Assembly: GCA_965204755.1 (NCBI GenBank)
Contig: OZ242011.1
Span: 864,001-928,000 of the forward strand
Direction of reading: 5' to 3'
DNA from: Candidatus Marinacidobacterium sp.
GTDB taxonomy: Bacteria; Acidobacteriota; Vicinamibacteria; Marinacidobacterales; Marinacidobacteraceae
Length of the DNA: 64,000 nt
The position numbers and the translations under genes were made by a program. A model generated the notes under the pieces. It was given only the letters and a program-made list of their open reading frames with translations. It was not told where the DNA came from and ran no database searches. This document shows, piece by piece, positions 11,601-23,600 of this stretch. How positions within the stretch are numbered: position 1 is the stretch's first letter; every line of letters starts with the position of its first letter.

Positions 11601-14600
11601 CCCTGCGGGAGACCGGGCTCGACGGTAACGCCGGTAACCGTCGGCCCGGCCGCGGCGGCGGCGCCGTCCACCACCGCGTCGCCGTCGGTGATGGCGTGGC
11701 TGCCGAGGCCGAGCGCGGCGGCGTTCGGCGTCGCCGCGCCGTCCACGATCGTCCCGCCGTTCAGCGCGAGCGCGTCGGCCTCGACGGAGATCCCGTTCGC
11801 GTCGGCGTCCCCGGCGGCCACGGTGTAGCGGAAGACCAGCGAAGTCGTCCCGCTGCCGGAGGCGTAGTCCGCCTGCTTCGGCGTCGACCCGATGGTCAAC
11901 TCGACCTGCGGCGTTCCGGTAACCGTCGCCGCCTCGTTGAACTCGACCGTTACCTGCAACACATCGCCGGCGCGGAAGACCCCGTTCACGCCTTGCCCGG
12001 TCCCGGACACCGTTACCCCGGTAACCACCGGCCCGACCTCGTCCGGCGCGCCCCCGTCCACCGCGAAGTCCGCGTCGTCGGTGATCGCGTGGCCGCCGAG
12101 GCCGAGGGCCGCGGCGTTCCCCGCGGCGTCGCGGACGGTCCCGCCGTTCAGCCCGAGGGCCGAGGCCCCTACGCCGATCCCGTTCGAGTCCCGGTCCCGA
12201 CCACCACGGTGTAGCGGAACGCCAGCGAAGTCGTCCCGCTGCCGGAGGCGTCGTAGTCCGCGCGCCGGGTGACCCTCCCGATCGTCAGCGCGGCCCGCGG
12301 CGCGCCGGTAACGGTCACCGGCTCGTTGAACTCGACCGTTACCTGCAACACATCGCCGGCGATGAAGACGCCGTCGCCCTGCTTGGTCCCGGACAGCGCC
12401 ACGCCGGTAACCGTCGGCCCCGCCGCGTCCGCCGCGCTCCCGTTCACGCGGAAGTCGGCGTCGTCGCGGACGGCGTGGCTCCCGAGGCCGCGCGCCGCGT
12501 CGTTCCCCGCGGCTTCGGGCGTCCCATCGTGGATCTTCCCGCCGTTCAGCCCGAGCGCCGAGGCCCCGATGCTGATCCCGTTCGAGTCCCGGTCCCCGAC
12601 CGCCACGGTGTAGCGGAAGACCAGCGAAGTCGTCCCGCTGCCGGAGGCGTAGTCCGCCTGCCGGGTGGCGCCGCCGATGGTGAGGGCGACCTGCGGCGTC
12701 CCGGTAACCGTTACCGCTTCGTCGAACGCGACGGTTACTTCGATCTCGTCGCCGGCGATGAAGAACCCGCCGGCGCCTTGCGGGTCGCCCCGCTCGATCG
12801 TCACGCCGGTGACCGTCGGCTTGACGGCGTCGGGGGCGTCGCCGTCCACTACCGCGTCGCCGTCGGTTACGGCGTGGTCGCCGAGGTCGAGGACGGCGGC
12901 GTTCCCCGCGGCGTCCGCGATCGTCCCGCCGTCCGGGTCGAGCGCGTCGGCGGCGACGGAGATCCCGTTCGAGTCCGCGTCCCCGGAGACGACGGTGTAG
13001 GAGAACACCAGCGAGGCCGTCCCGCCGCCCGAGACATAGGCCGCCGGCCGGGCCGCCGCGCCGATACCCAGCGTCAACTGCGGCGTCCCGCCCGTCGTCG
13101 TCACCGTCACCGGTTCGTTGAACTCGACGGTTACCGTGATCTCGTCGTCTTCGCGGAAGACCCCGTTCGCGCCGTTCGCGCGGCCCCCGATCGTCACGGC
13201 GAGGACCGTCGGCGCGTCGTCGTCGGGGGCGGCGAGGGCGTCGCCGTCCACCTTCGCGGCGCCGGCGATGGCGAGGGCGCCGAAGCCGAGCGAGGCCGCG
13301 TTGTTCGAGCGGTCCCGGATCGTCCCGCCGTTCAGGGCCAGCGCCCGGTCGCCGATCGCGATGGGGTTCTTCCTCCCGGAGTCGTCGTCCCCGGAGTCGT
13401 CCGCCAGGCCCACGGTGTAGCGGAACTCCAGCGAGGTCGTCCCGCTGCCCGAGGCGTAGGCCGCCTGGCGGGTGGAGTTGCCGATCCGGAGCGCCACCTG
13501 CGGCGTCCCGCCCGTCGTCGACACCGTCGCCGCCTCGTGGAACTCCACGGTTACCACGATCTCGTCGCCGGCGATGAAGACCTCGTTCGCGCCTCGCCCG
13601 TCCCCGTCGAGCGAGACCCCGGTTACCACCGGCCCGACCGCGTCGGCGGCGGCGCCGTTGACCACCGCGTCGTCGTCGTTGCTGATCGCGTGGCGGCCCA
13701 GGCCGAGTTCGGCCGCGTTGTTCGCGGCGTCGACGATCGTCCCGCCGTTCAGCGTGAGCGCCGAGGCCTCGACGCTGACCCCGTTCGCGTCCGTGTCGTC
13801 GGCGGCCACGGTGTAGCGGAACACCAGCGAGGTCGTCCCGTCGCCCGAGGCGTAGTCCGCCTGCCGGGTGTCCGCCCCGATCCCGAGCGCCAGCCGCGGC
13901 GTCCCGGTAACCGTCGCCGCCTCGTCGAACTCCACGGTCGCCTCGATCTCGTCGCCGGCGATGAAGACGCCGCCGGCGCCGTTCGCCTGGCCGGAGAGCG
14001 TGACCCCGGCCACCGCCGGCCCGGCGCCGTCGGAGACTTCGCCGTCCACCCGGTAGCCGTCGGCGGCGGTTTTCTCGTAGCGGCCCAGGGAGAGCGCGGC
14101 GGCGTTGTCCGCGGCGTCCGCGATCGTCCCGCCGTTCAGCGTGAGCGCGGAGGCCCCGATGCCGATCCCGTCCGGGTCCGTGTCCCCGGAGACCACGGTG
14201 TAGCGGAACGCCAGCGAGGAGGCGTAGCGGGGCGTCCGCGAGGAAGTCCCGCCGTCCCCGGCGTCGTAGTCCGCCTGCCGGGTGGCCGTCCCGATCCCGA
14301 GCGCCAACCGCGGCCTCCCGGTAACCGTCACGGGCTTGCTGAACTCGACCGTAACCGTGATCCGGTCCCCGGCGCGGAAGACGCCGCCGGCGCCGTTCCC
14401 GCGGCCGGAGAGCCTTACCCCGGTAACGAGCGGCGCGACCGGGCGCCCGTCCACCGTCAGGTCGCCGTCGGTGATGGCGTGGGCGCCGAGGCCGCGCGCC
14501 GCCGGGTTGAGGGAGGCGTCCGTGAGCGCCCCGCCGTTCAGCGCGGAGACGCCGACGCTGATCCCGTTCGGGTCCCGGTCCGCCGCGGCCACGGTGTAGC

Positions 14601-17600
14601 GGAACACCAGCGAGTCCGTCCCGCTGCCGGAGACATAGGCCGCCTGCCGGGTGTTCGCGCCGATCCCGAGCGCCACCCGCGGGGTTCCGGTAACCGTTAC
14701 CTCCTCGTGGAACTCCACGGTTGCCTCGAGGACCGCGCCGGCGAGGAAGGCGCCGTTCGCGGCGCGCGGCGCCGAGTCCGCCCCGGCGAGCGTGAGCCCG
14801 GTAACCGTCGGGCCGCGGACATCGGCGGCGCCGCCGTCCACCACCAGGTCGCCGTCGGTTACGGCGTGGACGCCGAGGCCGAGGGAGGCCGCGTTGTTCG
14901 CGGCGTCGACGATCGTCCCGCCGTTCAGCGCGAGCGCGTCGGCGGCGATGCTGATCCCGTTCGCGTCCGCGTCGTCGCTGACGACGGCGTAGCGGAACGA
15001 AAGCGCCGTCGTCCCGCTGCCGGAGACATAGGCGGCCCGGCGGGTGTTCGCGCCGATGGTGAGGGCGACCTGCGGGGTCCCGGTAACGGTCGCCGGCTCG
15101 TGGAACTCGACGGTGACTTCGATGGCGTCCCCGGCGATGAAGACGCCGTTCGCGCCCTGCGGGAGGCCGGGCTCGACGGTAACGCCGGTAACCGTCGGCC
15201 CGCTGTCGGCGGCGGCGCCGTCCACCACCGCGTCGCCGTCGGTTACGGCGTAGTCGCCGAGGCCGAGCGCCGCCGCGTTGTCCGCGGCGTCCGCGATCGT
15301 CCCGCCGTTCAGGTCGAGCGCCGTGGCCGCGACGGAAATCCCGTTCGCGTCGGCGTCGCCGGCGGCCACGGTGTAGCGGAAGACCAGCGAAGCCGTCCCG
15401 CTGCCCGAGGCGTAGCCCGCCTGCCGGGTCGCCGCGCCGATCGTGAGCGTCAACCGCGGCGTTCCGCCCGTCGTCGTAACCGTCACCGGTTCGCTGAACC
15501 CGACCGTCGCTTCGATGGCGTCGCCGGCGCGGAAGACCCCGCCGTCGCCGGTCGCGCGGCCGGCGAGGGTCAGCCCGGTTACCGTCGGCGCGACCGTATC
15601 CGGCAAGCCGCCGTCCACCACCAGGTCGCCGTCGGTGATGGCGTGGGCGCCGAGGCCGAGCGCCGCGGCGTTCGGGGTCGCCCCGCCGGCCACGATGTCC
15701 ACGATCGTCCCGTCGTTCAGCGCGAGCGCCGAAGCGCCGACACTGACGCCGTTCGAGTCCGCGTCCGCGGTGACTACCGTGTAGCGGAAGACCAGCGAGG
15801 AGGTCCCGCTGCCGGAGGCGTAGTCGGCCTGCCGGGTCTCCGCGCCGATCTCGAGCGCGACCTGCGGGGTCCCGGTAACCGTCACGGTCTCGCTGAACTC
15901 GATCGTGACCGCGATCCGGTCGCCGGCGCGGAAGACGCCGTTCGCGCCCTGGCCGGTCCCGGAGAGGGTTACCCCGGTTACCGTCGGCGCGGCATCCGCC
16001 GCGCTCCCGTTCACCGCCAAGTCGCCGTCGGTGATGGCGTGGGCGCCGAGGCCGAGCGCCGCGTCGTTGTCGTCGTCGCGGATCGTCCCGCCGTTCCGCC
16101 GGAGCGCGGAGGCGCCGACGCTGATCCCGTTGGCGTCCCGGTCGGTCGCGGCCACGGTGTAGCGGAACACCAGCGAGGCCGTCCCGCTGCCCGAGGCGTA
16201 GTCCGCCTGCCGGGTGGCCGCGCCGATGGTGAGCGCCAACTGCGGCGTCCCGGTAACCGTTACCGGTTCGCTGAATTCGACCGTCGCCTCGATCGCGTCG
16301 CCGGCGCGGAAGACGCCGCCGGCGCCGTTCGCGCGGCCGGAGAGGGTCAGCCCGGTAACCGTCGGCTCGACCACATCCGCCGCGCCGCCGGCCACCACGA
16401 GGTCGCCGTCGGTTACGGCGTGGGCGCCGAGGGCGAGCGCGGCCGCGTTGTTCGCGGCGTCGACGATCGTCCCGCCGTTCAGCGCGAGCGCCGTCGCGCC
16501 GACGCTGACGCCGTCCGCGTCCCGGTCCCGGACCACCACGGCATAGCGGAAGACCAGTTCGGTCGTCCCGCCGCCGGAGACATACCTCGCCTGCCGGGTG
16601 GCCGAGCCGATCCCGAGCGCGACCTGCGGGGTCCCGGTAACCGTTACCGCCTCGCTGAAGGCGACCGTTACCTCGATCGCGTCGCCGGCGCGGAAGACGC
16701 CGTTCGCGCCCTGTCCGGTCCCGTCGAGCGTTACCCCGGTAACCGTCGGCCCGACCCGGTCGGCGGCCGCGCCGTCCACCGTGAAGTTCGCGTCGTCGCT
16801 GACGGCGCGCTCGCCGAGGCCGAGCGCGGCCGCGTTGCTCGCGGCGTCGCGGATCGTCCCGCCGTTCAGCGTGAGCGCGGCCGCCCCGACGGAGATCCCG
16901 TTCGGGTCCGCGTCGGTCGCCGCCACCCGGTAGCGGAACTTCAGCGCCGTCTCGCCGCTGCCGGAGGAGTAGTCCGCCCGGCTCGTCCCGCCGGCGAGGG
17001 TGATCACCAACTGCGGCGTCCCGGTAACCGTGACTTCCTCGCTGAACTCCACCGTCGCTTCGATCGCGTCGCCGGCGCGGAAGACGCCGCCCGCGCCCTG
17101 CGGCGCCGGCGCGACCGCCGAGAGGCTCACCCCGGTTACCGTCGGCGCGACGGCGTCGGACGCGCTCCCGTCCACCACCGCGTCGCCGTCGGTGATGGCC
17201 TCGTCGCCGAGGCCGAGCGCGGCGTCGTTCCCCGCGGCGTCGCGGATGGTCCCGCCGTTCAGGGTGAGAGCGTCGGCCGCGACGGAGATCCCGTCGGAGT
17301 CGGCGTCGCGGGCGGCCACCGCGTAGCGGAAGACCAGTTCGGTCGTCCCGCTGCCGGACGCGTAATCCGCCCGCCTGGTGGCCGTTCCGATCGTGAGGGC
17401 GGCCCGCGGCGTCCCGCCCGTCGTCGACACCGTCGCCGGCTCGTGGAACTCGACGGTTACCACGATCTCGTCGCCGGCGATGAAGACGCCGTTCGCGCCG
17501 CTCCCCCCGTCGGAACTCCCCCCGGAAGAGAGGGTTACGCCGACAACCGCCGGCCCGACCGCGTCGGCGGCGGCGGCGTTGACCACCGCGTCGCCGTCGG

Positions 17601-20600
17601 TGACGGCGTGCTCGCCGAGGCCGAGCGCGGCCGCGTTGTCCGCGGCGTCCACGATCGTCCCGCCGTTCAGCGTGAGCGCCGTCGCGCCGATGCTGATCCC
17701 GTTCGCGTCCGCGTCCCCGGCGGCCACGGTGTAGGAGAACACCAGCGAAGCCGTCCCGCTGCCGGAGGAGTAGTCCGCGCGGCTCGTCCCGCCGGTGAGC
17801 GTCAGCGCCAGTTGCGGGGTCCCGCCGGTTTCGTCGACCGTCACCGGCTCGCTGAACTCGACCGTTACCTCGACGGCGTCGCCGGCGATGAAGGCGCCGC
17901 TCGCGCCCTGCGCGCGGCCCCCGATCTCCACGCCGGTCACCGTCGGCGCGACGGCGTCGGAGGCGCTCCCGTCCACCTCGAAGTCGGCGTCGTTCGCGAT
18001 CGCGTGGCGGCCCAGGCCGAGCGCCGCGTCGTTCGGATCCGGTTCGCCCCGCGCGTTCGTCGCGTCGTCCCGGATCGTCCCGGAGTTCAGCGCGAGCGCC
18101 GAGGCCCCGACGGAGATCCCGTCCGCGTCCCGGTCCCCGGAGACCACCGCGTAGCGGAAGACCAGCGAAGTCGTCCCGCTGCCGGAGGCGTAGTCCGCCG
18201 GCTTCGTCGCCGCGCCGATCCCGAGGGTCAACTGCGGAGTCCCGGTAACCGTTACCGCTTCGTCGAACGCGACGGTCGCCTCGATCTCGTCGCCGGCGAT
18301 GAAGACCCCGCTCGCGCCGTGTCCGGTCCCGGAGAGCGCGACGCCGGTTACCGCCGGGCCGACCTCGTCCGTGGCGCTCCCGTCCACCCGGAAGCGGGCG
18401 TCGTTCGTTATCGCGCGGGTTCCCCCGATGTTGTGGGCCGTCTCGTTCCAATCCAGGTTCGCGGCGTCCACGATCGTCCCGCGGTTCTTCGAGAGCGCCG
18501 AGGCCCCGATGCTGATCCCGTCGGGGTCCGTGTCGCCGGCGGCCACGGCGTAGCGGAAGACCAGCGAAGTCCCGCCGCTGCCGGAGGCGTAGGCGGCGTG
18601 TCGGGTGGCGGCGCCGACCCGGAGCGCCAACCGCGGGGTCCCGGTAACGGTTACCCGTTCGTTGAACTCGACGGTTACCCGGATCTCGTCGCCGGCGATG
18701 AAGACCCCGCCGGCGCCCTGCGGGCGGCCCGGCTCGATCCTCACGCGGGCGACTTCGGGCCCGCCGGCGTCCGCCGCGCCCCCGTCCACCGTGAAGTCGG
18801 CGTCGTTCGCGATCGCGTGATCGCCCAGGCCGAGCGCCGCGTCGTGGTTCGCGGCGTCGCGGATCGTCCCGCCGTTCAGGGCGAGCGCGGTCGCCGCGAT
18901 GCTGATCCCGTCGCGGTCGCGGTCGCGGTTGTCCACGGTGTAGCGGAACACCAGCGAGGCCGTCCCGCTGCCCGAGGAGTAGTCCGCCCGGCTCGTCCCG
19001 CTGGTGAGCGTCAGCGCGAGCCGCGGGGTTCCGGTAACGGTTACCGCTTCGTGGAACTCGACGGTCGCCTCGATCACATCGCCGGCGATGAAGAGGCCGG
19101 CCCGGCCCCGCCCGCTCCCGGAGAGCGTTACGCCGGTAACCGTCGGGCCCAGGACATCGGTTCCGCCCCCGGCCACTTCGAACCCGGCGGCGTCGGTGAT
19201 CGCGTGGGCGCCGAGGGACAGCGCCGCGGCGTTGTTCGAGTCGTCGACGATGGTTCCGCCGTCCAGGGTGAGCGCCGCCGTCCCGACGCTCACGCCGTTG
19301 TCGTCCGAGTCCGCCCGCGCCACGGTGTAGGAGAACACCAGCGAAGTCCCGCCGCTGCCGGAGACATACCCCGCTTGCCGGGTGTTCGCGCCGACGGTGA
19401 GCGCCGCCTGCGGGGTCCCGGTAACCGTGGCCGCCTCGTCGAACTCGACCGTAACCGCCAGGCGGTCGCCGGCGATGAAGACGCCGCTCGCGCCGTTCCC
19501 GGTCCCGGAGAGCGCGGCGCCGGTTACCGCCGGGCCGACCTCGTCGGCGGCGCTCCCGTCCACCCGGAAGCCGCGGGCATTCGTTACCGCGCGGGTTCCG
19601 AGGCCGAGCGCCGCGTCGTGGGCCGCGGCGTCCCGGATCGTCCCGCCGTTCAGGGTGAGCGCCGAGGCGCCGACGCTGACCCCGTCGGAGTCGGAGTCGC
19701 CGGTGACCACGGTGTAGCGGAAGACCAGCGAGCGGGTCCCGCTGCCGGAGGAGTAGTCCGCCGAACGGGTCCTCGCCCCGACGGCGAGCGCCAGCCGCGG
19801 GGTTCCGGTAACGGTTACGGGCTCGCTGAACTCGACGGTGAGCGCGATCGCGTCGTCGGCGCGGAAGGTCCCGCCCGCGCCCTGCCCGGTCCCGGAGAGC
19901 GTCAGCCCGGTAACCGTCGGCGCGACCGCGTCCGCCGCGCCGCCGTCCACCACCAGGTCGCCGTCGGGGTCGGTAATGGCGTGGCCGCCGAGGCCGAGCG
20001 CCGCGGCGTTCCCCGCGGCGTCCAGGATCGTCCCGCCGTTCAGCGCGAGCGCCGAGGCGGCGACGCTGATCCCGTTCGCGTCGGCGTCGGCGGCGGCCAC
20101 GGTGTAGCGGAACACCAGCGCGGAGTCGCTGCCGGCGGCATGGCCCCCATAGACCGCCTGCCGGGTGGCCGCCCCGATCGTGAGCGCCAACTGCGGCGTC
20201 CCGGTAACCGTTACCGGTTCGCTGAACTCGACCTTCGCTTCGATCGGGTCGCCGGCGATGTACTTCTCGTCCGCGCCGTTCGGGTGGCCGGAGAGGGTCA
20301 GCCCGGTTACCGTCGGCGCCCCGGCGTCGGCGGCGCTCCCGTCCACCACCGCGTCGCCGTCGGTGACGGCGTGGCTGCCCAGGGCCAGCGCCGCGTCGTT
20401 GTTCCCGGCGTCCCGGATGGTCCCGCCGTTCAGCGCGAGCGCGGAGGCGCCGATGCTGATCCCGTCGGCGTCCCGGTCGCCGGCGGCGACGGTGTAGCGG
20501 AAGACCGGCGAAGTCGTCCCGCTGCCGGAGGACTCGTAGTCCGCGTAGCGGGTGGCGGCGCCGACGGTGAGGGCGACCCGCGGCGTCCCGGTAACCGTTA

Positions 20601-23600
20601 CCGCCTCGCTGAACGACACGGTTACCGAGATCACATCGTCCTCGATGAAGACCCGGTTTGCGCCCTGGCCGGTCACCGGGAGCGTGAGCCCGGTAACCGT
20701 CGGTCGGACCGCGTCGGCGGCGGCGCCGTTCACCACCGCGCCGGAGTCGTTGCTGATCGCGTGGGCGCCCAGGCCGAGCGCGGCGGCGTTCGACGCGGCG
20801 TCCGCGATCGTCCCGCCGTTCAGCGCGAGCGCCGAGGTCCCGATGCTGATCCCGTCGGCGTCCCGGTCGCCGCGCGCCACGGTGTAGCGGAAGACCAGGG
20901 AAGTCGTCCCGTCGCCGGAGACATAACCGGCGTAGCGGGTGGCCGCGCCGACGGTGAGGGCCAACCGCGGGGTCCCGCCGGTCGTCGTAACCGTTACCGC
21001 TTCGCTGAACTCCACCGTTACCGCGATCTCGTCGCCGGCGATGAAGACGCCGTTCGCGCCCTGCGGGTCGCCCGGCTGGATCGTCACGCCGGCAACCGTC
21101 GGCCCGATCGTGTCGGCGGCGGCGGCGTCCACCACCGCGTCGCCGTCGGTTACGGCGTGGGCGCCGAGGCCGAGCGCCGCCGCGTTGTTCGCGCCGTCCG
21201 CGACGGTCCCGCCGTTCAGCGCGAGCGCGTCGGCGGCGACGCTGATCCCGTTGGAATCCGTGTCCCCGGAGACCACGGTGTAGGTGAACACCAGCGAGGC
21301 CGTCCCGCTGCCGGAGGAGTAGTCCGCCTGCTTCGTCCCAGCGTCGATCCCGAGCGCCAACTGCGGCGTCCCGGTAACCGTCACCGGTTCGCTGAACTCG
21401 ACCGTCGCTTCGATCGCGTCGCCGACGCGGAAGACCCCGCCGTCGCCGGTCGCGCGGCCGGAGAGGGTCAGCCCGGTTACCGTCGGCGCGACCGTATCCG
21501 CCAGGCTGCCGTTCACCACCAGGTCGCCGTCGGTGATGGCGTGGACGCCGAGGCCGAGCGCCGCGGCGTTCGGGGTCGCCGCGCCGTCCCGGATCGTCCC
21601 GCCGTTCAGCGCGAGCGCGTTGGCGGCGACGCTGATCCCGTTCGAGTCCGCGTCGCCGCTCGCCACGGTGTAGCGGAAGACCAGCGAGGAGGTCCCGCTG
21701 CCGGAGTCGTAGTCGGCCTGCTTCGTCGCCGCGCCGATGGTCAGGGCCAACTGCGGCGTCCCGGTAACGGTTACCGGCTCGCTGAACTCGACGGTCGCCT
21801 CGATCCGGTCGTCCTCGATGAAGACGCCGCTCGCGCCCCGGCCGGTTCCCGAAAGGGTTACGCCGGTTACCGTCGGCGCGGCATCCGCCGCGCTCCCGTC
21901 CACCACCAGGTCGCCGTCGGTGATGGCGTGGGCCCCGAGGCCGAGCGCCGCGGCGTTGTTCACGGCGTCCGCGATCGTCCCGGAGTTCAGCGCCAGCGCC
22001 GAGGCGCCGACGCCGACCCCGTTCGCGTCCGAATCGCCGGAGACCACCGCGTAGCGGAAAGCGAGCGAAGCCGTCCCGCTGCCGGAGGCGTAATCGGCCT
22101 GGCGCGTCGCCGCGCCGACGGCGAGGGCGACCTGCGGGGTCCCGGTAACCGTCACGGGTTCGCTGAAGTCGATCGTGACCACGATCGCGTCCCCGGCGAT
22201 GAAGACGCCGTTCGCGCCCCGGCCGGCTCCCGAAAGCGCGACCCCGGTAACCGTCGGCGCGGTCGTGTCCGTCCCGTCGCCGTCCACCCGGAGGGCGCGG
22301 CCGACGCCGGCCGCGCTCCCGCCGAGGGCGAGCGCGGCGTCGTTGCCGAACAGGTCGCGGATGGTCCCGCCGTTCAGCGCGAGCGCCGAGGCGGAGAGGC
22401 CGATCCCGTCCGTGTCGTCGTCATCGGCGACCACGGTGTAGCGGAACACCAGCGAAGCCGAGCCGCGGCCGGAGTCGTAGTCGGCGTAGCGGGTGGTGGA
22501 TCCGATCGTCAGCGCAACCCGCGGCGAGCCGACCACATACACCGTTTCGTCGAACTCCACGGTTACCGAGACCTTGTCGCCGTTGTCGCCGGCCCTGAGG
22601 GCCCGCCCGGAGACCTCGACCCCGGAGGCGTCCACCCCGGAGACCGCCACGCGGACGACCGCCGGCCCCCGGACATCGGGCGCGGCGCCGTTCACCCGGA
22701 AGTTCCGGTCGCCGGTGACCGCCAGCCCGGCGAGGGACAGCGCCGCGGCGTTCGGGGTCGCCGCGCCGTCGGCGATCGTGCCGTCGTTCAGCGCGAGCGC
22801 CGAGGCGGAGATGCCGATCCCGTCGGAGTCCCGGTCGCCCCGCGCCACGGTGTAGCGGAACACCAGCGCGGTCGTCCCGGTGCCGGAGGCGTAACCCGCC
22901 TGCCGGGTGGCCGATCCGACGGTGAGCGCCAACTGCGGGGTCCCGGTAACCGTTACCGCCTCGTCGAACAGCAGCGTTACCGAGATCGCGTCGCCCTCGA
23001 CGAAGACGCCGCCCGCGCCCTGGCCGGTCCCCGACAGCGCCAGCGCGGAGACCGTCGGGGCGACCGTGTCGAGGGCGCCGCCGTTGACCACCAGGTCGCC
23101 GTCGGTGATGGCGTGGGCGCCGAGGCCGAGCGCGGCGGCGTTCGGGGTCGGGGTCGCGTCGTCCGCGATCGTCCCGCCGTTCAGCGCGAGCGCGGAGGCG
23201 CCGACGGAGACCCCGTTCGGGTCCGTATCCCCGGCGGCCACGGTGTAGCGGAAGACCAGCGAGGAGGTCCCGCTGCCGGAGGCGTAGTCCGCCTGCCGGG
23301 TGAGGAGCCCGACGGTGAGCGCGGCCTGCGGCGTCCCGGTAACCGTTACCGGCTCGCTGAACTCGACGGTAACGGTGATCGCGTCGCCGGCGATGAAGAC
23401 GCCGCTCGCGCCCCGCCCGTTCCCCGACAGCGAGACGCCGGAGACCGTCGGCGCGGTGGCGTCCGAGGCGCTCCCGTCCACCCGGAAACCGGCGGGCGGC
23501 GACACCGGCAGGGAGGCCTCCGCCGAAGGCCGGTTGCCGGCGCGGTCCGCGATCGCCCAGCCGGTCCCCGACCAGGGGAGCGCCGCCGTCAGCGACCCGG

